Part shown: positions 1 to 12,591 of the stretch, one piece after another
How the letters are laid out: each line of letters starts with the position of its first letter
Position numbering within the stretch: position 1 is the stretch's first letter
Program-made: the position numbers and the translations under genes
From: Tubiluchus corallicola
Lineage: Eukaryota; Animalia; Priapulida
Direction of reading: 5' to 3'
DNA: 64,000 nucleotides
NCBI GenBank assembly: GCA_030141605.1
Contig: JAQGDQ010000036.1
Span: 682,001-746,000 of the forward strand
The notes under the pieces: model-generated
What the model was told of the DNA's origin: nothing
Database searches by the model: none
Seen by the model: only the letters and a program-made list of their open reading frames with translations

Positions 1-406
1 GTAATTGATTATTTTAAAGAGTGTAAGTTGCTATTTTGTGAAGAGCTTTCTTAAAAGAGGTTTTGGCTAGCTTTTTTTAATGTATATTACTGGAATTATG
101 CTTACTAAAGCTTCATAACTAAATGATAAAAGAAACTCGAAAACATTTCCTTGATTTTACAACTAACTAACCAAGCAAGTAATTGTGCTTTAGATTATCT
201 TTGATTTACTGATCACAATTTGATAACAACTGAGATACAGTAGAAAGAAATTTATGTATGGAATGATTACTTAGATTTTTTACTTCTTCCTGTTGGCAAA
301 TGTATGCCTGCAATTCTATTTCTGTCATCATTAAGAAATTACTCTCATTTAAAAACTGGTATTCTAGTGCTCACCTTACACCTTTTCACTGGTTTAGCTC
401 TTTCAG

Positions 407-507
407 TCAGCAAGGAAGAGGTGTGGTTAATGTGCCACAGCAGTACGGAACAGTTGGCGAAAAACATAGTTGAGAGGTGTGAAATTGCTGCTCAAACTAA
501 TGAATTG
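407..507 (+). CDS. PRS4: PRS class II exon (SKEEVWLMCHSSTEQLAKNIVERCEIAAQTNEL)
   Basis: Acceptor tttcag (alternative cag at 410), donor gtaatt at 508, phase 0 into the next exon. Resembles the plant 'VHLFYC..CEELARNI' segment. Confidence 0.75.
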
Positions 508-3500
508 GTAATTTGTTTTATTTATTCATCAATAGCTTTGAGACATTAATGACAAATGAGTAAAAAGTTCTGTCTTTATTTTTATATAAGCCAAGTGAGC
601 AATCATCGTGGAAACATTCCTTTTAGTACTTAGTATTAAGAATACTTATTAGGTTTCATGTGAACAAATTAGTTTCTCAGCTTCGCTGTAGTACTGCGTG
701 CATATAAACAAGTATACTAAGCTGACAATGACTTATTGCAGTGCAAGTTTAAAAAACTTTTAATTTTAAGCTATTTTTTTTAATTTTCATAAGCTCACAG
801 TATTCATCCTTGCTACATCTTTGTACTTTTACATACACATCTTGCTTTCTTAGATAGTAGCCTTTCAGCTTGGTAATATTTGTCTTTGTATGGCACTCGA
901 AATCTACATTTGCTTAATATCAAGTAAATTAATTTCTAAGTTCTCGTAGTTTGGGCTAGTATGTTTTTAGATTTTATCTTGCATTCTAGCTCTGACATAG
1001 AGAAAATTTAATTTGTGATTTTAAAAATTAATACGGATTAACTCTAATATTCCAGTAGTTTAATAATACTACTGTCTTAGTTTTTTTTCAGAATGTCAGG
1101 CGTGCAGTTTCTTTTAAAAAGATTATTCACTGGGACCATTTTGCTGATGGTTTTCCAAATATATTTATTGATGACGTGAAAGAAATGGCAGGAAAAGATG
1201 GTATGTAGACAATTAAACATGTGGTCAAATTTTATACTGCATAATCATATGAAACTTCGGGCAGTTTTAAACACTCTTTGACATTCGAGAGTAACAGATA
1301 ATTATCTAATAATTTTGAATTGCTTTTTGGCTAATTATTATTATTACATCTATATTTTTGATCTTTTATGGTTTCATGATTTTAGAAAATATGTTTTTTT
1401 CTTTGTTCAAGTTGTGTTTCTTGCCAGCTTTCATTCACCACAAGTGATATTTGAACAACTTTCCTGTCTGTATGCCATACCAAGGTAAGAGTTTCACTGT
1501 TGTTGCCTATTATAGGTTAACTGTTTTTTGCCACTAACTGAAATTTTCATCGATCAGCCTTTTCAGAATTTTGCTACATGCACACGCAGTTGCAGTAGGT
1601 CAATGGTTATATGTATCATTAGCCTGGAATGCCCCCACCTATACTATCAATGGTCTCGTACTAGCATTTAACAATAGCATTTAAATCTATAGTCAATAAT
1701 TGCATGATTACATTTCGAGTGTCAACAATAGGACACCTGACTCAAGTTTTTTGTACAAAATTTACTAGGCTGATAGCTAACTGAAATTGTTTATTTGTGA
1801 TCTAATCTAATCTAATTGTTTCTTTGTTTGAATGTAAATCGATTACGATACTCTTATCTGAATAGCATAACTAAATAGCAGAAGCAGATGGTGGGTGTAA
1901 ATAAATGTTTCTTCAAACACCATAACAACTAAAGCTTGGTGTAGTCCGTGCGCACAAACCATTACTAACGTTGCTAGGTACAAATAACCTTTGACCCTCT
2001 CAGGATTATCATTAACTGCTGAAACTCGGAAGCTTACTTATCATTGATGTGCATAAGTAACACTCTAACCAACACAAAATAAGTTTGAAATTCATTTTTG
2101 TATTATGTTTTGGTACATTGTACAAGAAGATTTTAATGTTCCTATTTGTTACATTTTTTCATGTTACAATGTTCTAAAATGCATGACTAATTTAAAAATT
2201 TTCTGCTTTTGCTATAGATACCTGGCTCGATCATTCTGTGTTATATTGCCCTATTTTGCAACAGGCATAATGGAAAAAATTGACAAAGAAGGACAGTGTG
2301 CTACTGCAAAGGTAATGTAAAGAATATTTTGTCTTAAATAGATCATCATTAGCATTAGTAAACTAATTATACACTTTTAGATACCCCGAAGTCACTAATT
2401 GCTAACAATATTTTAATTTATGCAATATTAAGCGTCGTAATGACAAGTTTAAGTTGTTCGTTTATAAGCATTGCAATTCTGTTTTTGCTTAGACACTGGC
2501 AACACTTTTATCACATATACCTCTGACAGCACGAGGACCGGCTACAATTGTGATGTTTGACATACATGCTTTGCAGGAGAGGTTTTATTTTGGTGAATCT
2601 GTGATACCTAGGTATGCTGTACAAACTACTTCTTAATTTATGCAATGACTTCATAGATAATCCACAGTCATGGTCAGTACATGTATTACATTACAAGATC
2701 TCGGACTTATTCTATTCACTTATTCATTGATAAATTCCTTATACATAGTATCACAAAATGTGTTTAATTTTATTCACTGTGTACTCTGGGACAGAATAAT
2801 TAAAATTGCAGGTGCTGCCCCCATTTGTATTCTAGATGAGTTCGATCAACCAGGATATTCGAACTACTTGAACTGATTTCACTACCAATAGTGCATATCT
2901 TGTGCCTCTTCTAATGACTTGTGTTAGACCTTTTATAGTTTACATGGTCTCAGCAAGGAAAGGTCATTCTTTATGTAACTTCTAAATCAGGTTGTAAAAA
3001 GAGACTATGAATAATTATTAATGTTTTATATAGATAATTACATATGCATGGTTACTACAGTGCAAAAATATAAACTTGGCTAACTAGACTTTTGTTTTTT
3101 TACAACTCATCATTAGTCCAGTAATTATAAAGTGTACCACTAGGAATGCTGCAGGACATTCCAAAAAAGCAGTTTCAAACTTGTGATTTGTTTTTTTGTT
3201 CATAAGTTAATGATAATTTTGACTATTTTTTTATTGTAACTTGTAATGAATCTGCAACTACTTAGACTTACTTTTGCCATTAGATTTGTGTCTAACTTAG
3301 TAATAAATTTCAAATGCAATTTTTTTAAGTCTATCTACCATGTAGGCTTCACAGTACAATAAAATACTGGCAGCATCTTCTTGTGATGGACATAATTAAT
3401 GCTCTATACTTGTTTAATGTTCACAAAATGATTAGAATTTTAGTAAAAGTTTGAATTTTCGTTTTGTAAGGAAACATTTTATCACTATCATGAAGCATAA

Positions 3501-6500
3501 AACACTAAAGTGCATAGTGATGAAGTTTTTGTGAATGCAAGTGAAATTTACTATTGCAAATTTTGAAGCAAAAATCGCTGATTAAGCACAATATCTCAGA
3601 CTGGCTGTGCGGTACATTTGTAATAGATATTTAACTCATATGATGACGAAAACTCACAGGCTAAAATGATGCATAGCCTGAAAAATTTCCTGTTTTTTTA
3701 ATGTAAGTGTGCTACTAGTACAGCGTCAGATCGTATAGAAATTAATAATTTTAATTAAAATTTAATTTAATAATTTTTAAATAGTTAATTGTGACAATGA
3801 GTTAATACAGGAAACAATTATTATTTTTTCTAGGCTAGTCTCAGCCATTCCACTTATACAACAAAAGCTAAAGAGTTTTGAAGCTAGTGCGTGGTGTATT
3901 GCATTTGCAGACGCTGGTGCCAAAAAACGATTTTCCTCTTTCTTTATCAATGACACAATTATAAGCTGTATAAAAGAAAAAGTCAGCAATGAACCTATAG
4001 TTAAACTTTCTGAAGGTAATTTTTTTTTTTAAATGGTAAAACTAAAGTTTAATAATGATTCCAGTAGTTACTGGTGAGTTAGTCGTATCAAGGCGGATAA
4101 TGACAACACATTCAGACGAATTGTCGTTACTTAACGATTTTGACTGGTGCTGTAATTATATACTGTTGTTAAAGGAAAGTATGATGTTTTTCAGTTCCTA
4201 TCTTGTTTTGAAAGAATGGTAAAAAAACCCATAATAATACCAAAACGTTTCTGATAGTTAAATATTAGCTTAGAAGCTTAGTTAATGGTTGGCAAGCTCA
4301 ATAAGAAAGACATCACAATTGAACATAATTTTTTAATTGCTGGAATGCGCATTTTGCAAAAATTAAAATTGAAATGCAGTGCTACTGTACAGCACTAATT
4401 ATGGTTTCACCAACTCTGCAAATTTGAAGTTTAAAAATTTAAATTCTAACTTTACCGCTGTGCGAACATGAGACTTCACTATAAACATGCACTATGTCAT
4501 AACTGACGTGATGAGATACAATGCCTGTTTTTTGTACAATGTATTTCCGAGATTTTTTAAGTAGTGAATGGCAACATAACAGCGAAAACAAAATTACGCT
4601 TATGCAGCAATAATTCTTTCATGTGACTTGTTCGTTAAGTCAACAAAGTAAAGAAACAATATTTTCTCCTTCAGTATTTTATATCTTAAGTCATTTTACA
4701 CCATGGCTTAAAATTGGGTCCTGTTTTCCTTTAATACAGCTTAAGCCATTTTGAATCTAATAGTGTAAATAATTAATAATTTGAGGCGCAGCTTAAGCTC
4801 AACATTACCAGACCAACAACACTGTAGTTTATAAAACATTGCTTTTTAAATTTTACCTCTTACCGTTCTTAGAACAGTGCTGTACATGAGAAATTGTTCA
4901 AAAATTGCACTAGAATTGTAAAATGTTGAACAGTATCATTTAGCGATAAGTTAAGAAAACTAATGAATAAAATGAACATGTCTGCGATCAGCTTATGTAT
5001 GAGCATTTTCAGGATTACTGCTGCTGCTTGCTGACACACAACGTACGATTTCTTCATAATATAATAATACTACTAATATGCTTCAAACATTGTTCATGTA
5101 ACTATGAAGCAACCTGAAACTACTAAAAATAAAGCATGCCATGAAATTTAGCATTCACAATAAGTAAGCATTGAAGTACTGACTAATTTCAATACTTACT
5201 GAAGTTATCACTGTTTTACCATTTTGATACATAACTTTATCTGTTTCACCCGCATAACCTTGTGATTTTCAATTGACTGGAGACATTTTTAGGTTGCTAA
5301 GTTACAAACCAGCAATAGAGCAGTAGCTAATCAGTATGTTTATAGAACTCCATATTTGGTTGCTGGCCTTTGTTAAAAAATTTTCTGGACCTATTTCATT
5401 TTCACACAATATGTAAGCTAGGCCTCACTTCCCACTTACGAAATATTTTGGCTGTATCCCAAAGCTTTGTAGGCAGTCAGAATTTAAAAAATTAGTAAAT
5501 TTTAGTAACTTGTCAAGAGCTAATTGTTAATTGTTAACACTCAGAGGTCACTGTCTGATTACTCCTTCCAGTGCTTCAATGTCAAGGTCACTATCTGATT
5601 ACTTCACCTACTAGTGTTTGCAATCACGAATTAAATTTTACTTGCATAGTGTCTTAGAAATACAATGCGAAGTACTTGAATCAGCAAATGAACAAATTAC
5701 AACTGGTACTCTTTTCAAGACATCCTTTTCAGTACAATAAAGATAATAATGGGTAGGCCCGTAATATGTGCTTCCAGTGAACTTATTTATTATTAAGTAT
5801 AGAAGTACCGATTGTTCTGGTTATGGGAATGACATTTTAATGTACAGCACTTATTTTCACAGCAATAAACTTAGCTGGAGGAAAGTGATACTCCATCAGA
5901 ACTAATAAAGACAATGTAGCAGAGAATACAGCCAAAAGTTATTTATCTCAGTATTTTCTTACTAATTTTAGATTTATTGTAGGCAACCCTATAGGCAAAC
6001 ATGTACTCATAGTGGATGATTTGGTACTGACTGGCAAGACATTAATTGCATGTGCAAAGGTAAGAGATGCTTAGAAGATATACAAAGTCTGCATTCTCAA
6101 AAAGGTAAAATGTTATCTAAGTTCTTTTACTCAAATCACAAAAAATAATTTCTGTAGTTAAGATCTTATCCAAGTATGCATTCATCAAAATCTCAGAATA
6201 CAAAAATCTTACAAAGAATAGTTTTGTGAAGCTTTTTTTGTAAACACACACATATATATATCTATGTACAGTATGACACTATTGTAGCTAACATGGTTTA
6301 CTGCGTATACATGGGTAATGCAAACTCACAAAAATGAACGAACGTTCATCACTTATTTAACTCATATAATAGCTTTGAATGCAGCATACTTGGTTATTGC
6401 GTATTGCAGACTTTTTGTCAGGCCTCATTGCCTACATTACTATATCTTTGTAAGTTTTTATGCATACTTTACCTTAGCCTGCTATTTCTAAATTAAATTG

Positions 6501-9364
6501 TAGTTAAATTTAACTCATTATTCCTGGTGCTGCAAATAAGTTGTTAGGCAATTGGCATGTTGCATTGGAGTTGTTAACCTGCATCGAAAGGTCATTTTGT
6601 GTTCTAGCTGTATGTATAAAAACAATGAGTCACTCAGTGGCTTGGTAATTTGCTATTTTACGTACATACACTGGCAACGCATGAAATGTTTATTGATTGT
6701 TTTTTATTGAAATCACAAAAAATATATTTTATTGAATTTGAATATATGTGCTGCAAAGTACTTGATACTTCTTAACATCTTCTAAAAGTATTTTCGTCGT
6801 TACTCTTCTGTTAAAACATGCATGGCCATTTAGTAGTCACATACATATGATTTGTCGCGTGTGCTTATAGAGTATCTCAGTTATAGGAGTAGAATACTTT
6901 TTTCTGGATCCTTAGCAAGTTTGCTAATAGGATGTTATGTATATATCATGCCCAGGATCTGATGCTCGTGCCTCAACAATAGATTTTCCCTTAACTGCGG
7001 CAAATGGCATCACCGTCAAATCTTATAGAACACGAAACACTACCTTGAATTTGGGTTTTCGTCTGTATAACTGGGAATTCGTGCTAACTAAAGTGTCTCA
7101 GCTCTAACTGGGTGCTGATTTTCTCAGAGGTAATGGTTTAGTGCTAGAATGCACCCAATACAATGCAATGTGCCATTTTTGACATGATACATAATTTGTC
7201 TCATCCGTCAATCCATGTGACAGAGGTGGTAATTGCATCAAAATTTGTATGGCATAGCCTTAACAAACAGGGCAAAAACATGCATACCATGTCAAACTGC
7301 TGAAGCGCATCGTCACACTTCAACTGTGCAAGGAGAATTTGCTTCACCAGCTCAATGTTTTGATCATGTACACATAATTATAGTGGGTCTGTTACCAATT
7401 TCCCCTGGATGCTCCTATTTATTTACGGTTATTGATCGTTTTACTAGATGGCCGGAAGCTGTTCCAGTGCCATCCATGGACACCAGTACTTGTGCTAGGG
7501 CCTTGATCACACACTGGATTTCTCACTTCTCGCCACTGGACATGTCTTCAGATAGAAGGGCCCAATTCACATCAAAATTGTGGCAGGACATGTCTAACAT
7601 CTTAGGCAAAAATTACACCACACAATGGCATACCATCCTCAAGAGAATGCGATCTTGGAGCGTTTTCATCGCCACTTGAAGGCATCGCTGATGGCGCGCT
7701 TGGTTGGTTCTTATAGGTTAGACCAGCTTCCTTGGGTGCCATTCGGAATTCGAACAATACGTAAAGAAGACTTAAAATGTTCATCTCCAGAACTAGTTTA
7801 TAGCGCACCCTTGACAGTACCTGGTAATTTTGTCTCCACAGGTGATAGTCACCAAAGTCAAGCAGATTTTTTGACGCATCTCAAGGAATACATACGAAAA
7901 ATGTAGCCTGCAAAAACTTTCTCCTATGGCACAAAGGCCACATTGGTAACCAAGGGTTTACATACAAGTGAATATGCATTTGTAAGGCGAGGAGCCATTT
8001 GTCAGCCTCTACGGAAACCATATGAGTGGTCATATAAGGTACTTGGATGTAAAGAAAAGACATTTCTGGTTCACATGGGTGGTTGCCATGAGTTGACATC
8101 AATTGACCGATTAAAGCCTGCTTGTGTTGAGAAAGCTTATGCATCAGATAGAACTTTAGTACCAAATCTAGGCTGACTTGAGCAGAAGAGGCGAAATAAT
8201 AAAAAACAGATCTCAGTCTGCGAAGATGGGTGCCCAGCTCACACCGAAGCAATGCACGTAAAATATGAACACCTCGAATATTTGTAGACCTCTGAACTAC
8301 CACATGTTAATATTGATAGAAATTCAGTTAAAGCATAAATATGACCAAAAAGGTTCATTATTGCTGCTCATAACTAGTGCTACCGTATAAGCTAAAACAA
8401 TTTGATATCATGTGGAGTTTAAATATTCCAGTAGATATCTACAAGCAGAAAAGTGAAACTTGACTTCCATGTAAACTTTATTGCTATTGTTTGCTTGACT
8501 GTTCGTCTGCACATTTGTATTTTTTTGGAAGTAAAATTCTTAATTGTCTGCTGTTGGAAGACTATGATGGAGCATAATAAGAATTGTAATATGTTGAGAA
8601 TTTGTTGATTAGTCACCTTATTCCCCCGGAATGTCGAAGAAATGAGAGGAAATTCGTGTTTGCTTAAAAATCTGAGCATATTATCCAGATGTTCAAGTAG
8701 TCAAAATGTTGCTGGTTGTAACATGTATGACTGGAAAAAACACCAGAAAAAAAATTGAATATTTCCAGTAATAAAAGGTGTGATTCTTTGAATTTATTTT
8801 AAAGGTTATTCTTGTGAACTAAATAAAACACAGACTTAGCCACAGTTTTTGGCCCACAAAATGTTAAGTGTAGGTAGTAGGTGATAGGTATTAATTTTTT
8901 GGGCAGATATGCAGTGACCCTAGAACAAAGTTAAAAATTGCCGCATGTGGCCCAATGCCAGCTCTACACAACTTGCTGTGTCAAATTTGGGCCAGGATGC
9001 ATTGCTGAGAAATTAGTGGCATAGTGCTACTTGTTGAACTGCTGAAAATATTCAAATTTTTTTAAAAAACTTACAACTGTCTTTCTTGTAGTGTGAATTA
9101 ACAACTATACACAATGCCAATTTATTTTTGTAGGTACTAAAGAAAGCTGGCGCGAGGAGCATTAGTGCCTATGTAACACATGCGGTCTTTCCGAATGAAA
9201 CTTGGAGGAGGTTTACTGATGGTGATGTAGTATTTGAAAATTTCTGGATTACTGATTCAATTCCTCATGCTGAAGAGATTTCAAAACACAAACCATTCAA
9301 ACTGCTCTCTATAGCCAGTGTAATAGCTGATGTACTTTGGGGATTTGATTTGAAATCAGTTTGA
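407..9364 (+). CDS. PRS4: Spliced gene (8 exons in window, 5'-partial): class II ribose-phosphate pyrophosphokinase (PRPP synthetase, plant PRS3/PRS4-like)
   Basis: Exons 407-507, 1092-1200, 1412-1484, 2218-2311, 2493-2611, 3834-4015, 5983-6059 and 9134-9364 join in frame with GT-AG sites (about 327 aa, then TGA). Class II motifs present: W..FADGFPN.FI, FLASF.SP..IFEQ, DIHALQERFYF, HVLIVDDLV, SAYVTHAVFP, FWITDS. No start ATG is established in the window. Confidence 0.93.
1092..1200 (+). CDS. PRS4: PRS class II exon (NVRRAVSFKKIIHWDHFADGFPNIFIDDVKEMAGKD)
   Basis: Poly-T cag acceptor, gtatgt donor, FADGFPN motif. Confidence 0.95.
1412..1484 (+). CDS. PRS4: PRS class II exon (VVFLASFHSPQVIFEQLSCLYAIPR)
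   Basis: aag acceptor, gtaaga donor, phase 1 to 2, conserved FLASF.SP..IFEQ. Confidence 0.95.
2218..2311 (+). CDS. PRS4: PRS class II exon (YLARSFCVILPYFATGIMEKIDKEGQCATAK)
   Basis: tag acceptor, gtaatg donor, phase 2 to 0; matches LP.F.TG..E....EG..ATA. Confidence 0.95.
2493..2611 (+). CDS. PRS4: PRS class II exon (TLATLLSHIPLTARGPATIVMFDIHALQERFYFGESVIPR)
   Basis: tag acceptor, gtatgc donor, diagnostic DIHALQERFYF. Confidence 0.96.
3834..4015 (+). CDS. PRS4: PRS class II exon (LVSAIPLIQQKL...IAFADAGAKKRF...SCIKEKVSNEPIVKLSEG)
   Basis: tag acceptor, gtaatt donor, phase 2 to 1; aligns with AFPDDGAWKRF...CTKVREG. Confidence 0.93.
5983..6059 (+). CDS. PRS4: PRS class II exon with PRPP/R5P-binding loop (GNPIGKHVLIVDDLVLTGKTLIACAK)
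   Basis: tag acceptor, gtaaga donor, type I PRTase motif VDDL..TG.T. Confidence 0.95.
6991..8176 (+). mobile_element. Decayed, internally deleted Ty3/Gypsy (Mag-like) pol remnant: protease C-terminal part, integrase zinc finger, rve core and C-terminus
   Basis: 6991-7146 reads LTAANG...LNLG.R...WEF...*LGADFL (protease); HNLSHP near 7190; C..CQ and FDHVHIIIVG...YLFTVIDRFTRWPEAVP; AYHPQEN..LERFHR.LKA.L; PL.KPYE..YKV...SIDRLKP. Split over three frames with stops. No RT/RNase H and no LTR recognised. Confidence 0.9.
9134..9364 (+). CDS. PRS4: PRS class II last coding exon (VLKKAGARSISAYVTHAVFP...FWITDSIP...LKSV*)
   Basis: tag acceptor; 77 codons ending in TGA at 9362-9364; SAYVTH.VFP and FWITDS motifs. 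Confidence 0.96.
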   Translation, partial: VLKKAGARSISAYVTHAVFPNETWRRFTDGDVVFENFWITDSIPHAEEISKHKPFKLLSIASVIADVLWGFDLKSV

Positions 9365-10344
9365 GCTAGATTATTTTTGTGGCTGTTATTTTTAACAAGT
9401 CTAAGTTTTTGCGAACAGCTAGTATCTGTAGCCATATATGACTCGGTGTTTACTGTATGTCTAGGACTTTTATTCACCATAGGCTTTTCATTGTATTATA
9501 TAATTATGTTCATTTCTCTTAACTTTAGGTGAGTGGTAGCATACTTAGCATACTGTGTGTAGCGGTAGCAATGATTAGCTGTAGTGGTTTTTGTTCTTTC
9601 TTGCTTAATTTCATTAAGTCAGGGTTTCACAAGGTTAACGACTTTTGGCACCTGTTCAAAAATTTCAACACTCGCCAAAATATGCTCCAAAAATTTGGAG
9701 TTGAAAAAATGACCATTTCGCCAAAACTTTTTCAAAGTGTCGTAAAGTTGTCTGAAAATGGGCCAAACCTGTGCAAATGTCGCTAATAATTTGTTTATCA
9801 GCAACTTCAAAATTCGCGAAAACTTGGAGAACTTTTCTCAACTCTAGCTATAACTATTGTCTACTTTTTGGCGACATATGTTGCAGAACCTCGGTTGTCT
9901 CACACTTTTTTCTGCAAAAATTCTGTGAAATGGTCATGAAATGATCTCAATGTTGCACAGCATTTGCCTTGTTGCATAAGTGTCGCAGAAGTCACTAAAC
10001 ATACGCAGACACGTTGTGCAACATTTCACCCCATAAAACAACCACAAATTCGACAAATGTGACAAAACCATGCAAAATTATTGAGCACTTCACACAAATG
10101 ATTTGTGGCCAAGGCAACGCAGTTGTGAGAATTTTTCTTGGATCGTACAAAAAACTGTTCTTGGATCGTACAAAAAACTCGTGGCCCTGCAAAATTCTTG
10201 CTTTAGGTGTTACTGCATTTTAATACATACAGCAGCTGTACAGCTGTAAAATGTAATGAAAAAAGTAATATAGAGATATATATTAAGCAATATTATCATC
10301 ATTTTTTTGCATACTGAGATCTTGAAGAGCAATTTCTAAAAAAA

Positions 10345-10655
10345 TCTAGTTAATTAAATATGCCTGCTACACCAGCCGTTAAACGGGCTATTTAGCCATT
10401 ACCGGCACCATGCCCGGCACGTTCCCATTCTCCAGAGATAAGAGGTATAAGTTTTGCAAATTTTTGTAAAAAACGTGCAAAAAGGGCCATTTTCAGAGGT
10501 TTTTCATCCCCATTCCTCCCGCAGGGGAATCAACTATCAACGAGATGACACTAGGTTGATACCTTTTGTTTGATATATAGATCGCTGCAAATGGTGCAGC
10601 CGTTGGAGCTGTACCCGCGAATCTATGTATGTATATATACCACCTAACTTAATAT
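10345..10655. repeat. Interspersed non-autonomous repeat, related copy near 12320-12545
   Basis: Shared segment tccagagataagaggtataagttttgcaaa (10430) versus tctagaaataagaggtttaagttctgcaaa (12399). Boundaries approximate. Confidence 0.45.
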
Positions 10656-11359
10656 ATGTGTGCTTGCAGAGCAAAATCACCCATAAGCTTTTCTAGATAC
10701 TCACATAACCCGAATCTCCATTTCATGAGGATCATCTTGATGCCAAGCTCATCGCTCTATGTTATTTCTAAGCTGAGATAATCCATATTGAAATTTTGAG
10801 GTGCACGCTACACACTGAAAAACCTAATTTTGAGAAAATCGCTGTCAAAGTTAGCCATTGTTTTTTGTCGCGTCTGTACAAAACACTTAGCAACCGTACG
10901 AAAGTGTGGTTGCTATGGATTTTACAAGAGCAAATTGAAGTTACATTTAAATCCAGTAGATGGCTCTTCCTGACGAAGAAATGGTCTTGTCAACAGAAAA
11001 GACCCGAAGCAAAATGGCTGCTTCCACGAGCTACAATTGCAGTTAGAAAATGCAAGTTTTTTTTTGCTATTGCAGCACTAGTTTCTAAAAAGAAAAGTAG
11101 GTAAGGAGTTGTAAAATTAGGTTTCTGGCATTTTTTGGACATTTTCCTGATAATTTGATGCTGGAATATAAAAGTTCAATATATTTAGCATCTGTTTTCA
11201 TAAAAAAATAAAAAATTGACATTTGACCAAATTTTTTGTGCTTTCTACTTTGAAGCATCGTAATGTAGTTTTAACTATGCCGACTTATAGCTGGTTTTGG
11301 TTTGCAAACACACATATAGACTAGCCAAAACCTGCAAAAGAATTTTGCGCATAAACTCG

Positions 11360-11820
11360 CAACAACAAGCCACACAACCACCTACACTACACCACATCAA
11401 CCCTGCCACACCACTCACTATATACCACCCACACCATACCATAACACAACACCATACCGCAACACCACACAACCCACACCATAGCACACCGCCCACAACA
11501 CCCTCCACACTACACCAGCACCACCCACATCTCGCCATTCTACGTCACACCACCTACACACTACCGTCCCACCGCATTATCCTCACCACATCACCCGCAC
11601 CACACCACCAATATAACGCCACACCACCCAATATTACACCAGACCCACCACACCACCCATGCCGCATTCAGCAACACCACACACTCCCTATCACCCTACC
11701 ACACCAGCGCAACAACCACCACATCACATGGTGATCATGATGTCAATAACGATGATGATGATGATGATGATGACAAATATGAAGATGACACCTACAGCAC
11801 TAACACCAACAGCACAGCAT
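11360..11820. repeat. CAC/CAACAC-rich degenerate microsatellite with (GAT)n at about 11751-11773
   Basis: Visible low-complexity C/A tract; explains the His/Pro/Thr ORFs. Confidence 0.85.
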
Positions 11821-12540
11821 TACAACGAAACCATTCAAAACATTTTGCACAAAGTCGAAACTGTGTGCTGTAACAAAGGCTCTTAGTCTGTCTGCCAATA
11901 ATTAATAATGCACGGACATTCTGCATAGTTTTGCTTACTGCTTTCCTGATCATAATAAGCGAACAGATATAACTTATATTTACAACCTGTAACACATTAG
12001 AATGGTGGGTGAAGGTAATGTCCATGATAGCAGCAGAATTTCTCTAGCTCAAAGACAATGGTTGTTCCAAACACTGTGCAGCTCTGGGGATTGAAAAACT
12101 TTGAAATACACTGTTCCCATTTCATCTAGTACAGCTGTCTCCCAACGATACTTTCACATCTTAGAGATTGTTTCATTCTCTTTCCGCAAGTGTGCTTATT
12201 TTTTCTCAACAAAAAAACAGTTACACAAGTCGAGTTTTCTTGTAGGCAGCTTTCTGCAAAATTTGCATGGTTGGGTCCGGAAAAACGGCAGTTACGGGAC
12301 GCCGTGGCCCTCCCGCGGAATCTAAATATGACTAAAACGTCCACTGTTGAACAGGCTATCTAACCGTTACCAGTACCACTCCCGGTTTGATCCCAACCTC
12401 TAGAAATAAGAGGTTTAAGTTCTGCAAAAAATGGTCAAAATATTTTTCAAAGGTTTTTCGCCCTGTGTTCCTCCCGGTGGGCCCAATTCTAAAAATAAAC
12501 CCCCAATTGCAAATCTGTGGGTGGAGACCTTTCGTTTGAA

Positions 12541-12543
<3 letters not shown>

Positions 12544-12589
<46 letters not shown>
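12544..12589. repeat. (TA)n microsatellite
   Basis: Perfect TA run. Confidence 0.95.

Positions 12590-12591
<2 letters not shown>

Noticed and set aside
7881-8303. 140-aa minus-strand ORF
   Set aside because: Antisense to the Gypsy integrase remnant.
9620-10189. Possible hAT MITE (cagggtttcac...gtggccctg)
   Set aside because: TIRs are weak and there is no TSD; probably an old repeat but not supportable.
11275-11886. His/Pro/Thr-rich and Cys/Gly/Val/Trp-rich ORFs
   Set aside because: Translations of a CAC-rich microsatellite and a (GAT)n run; no convincing splice context.
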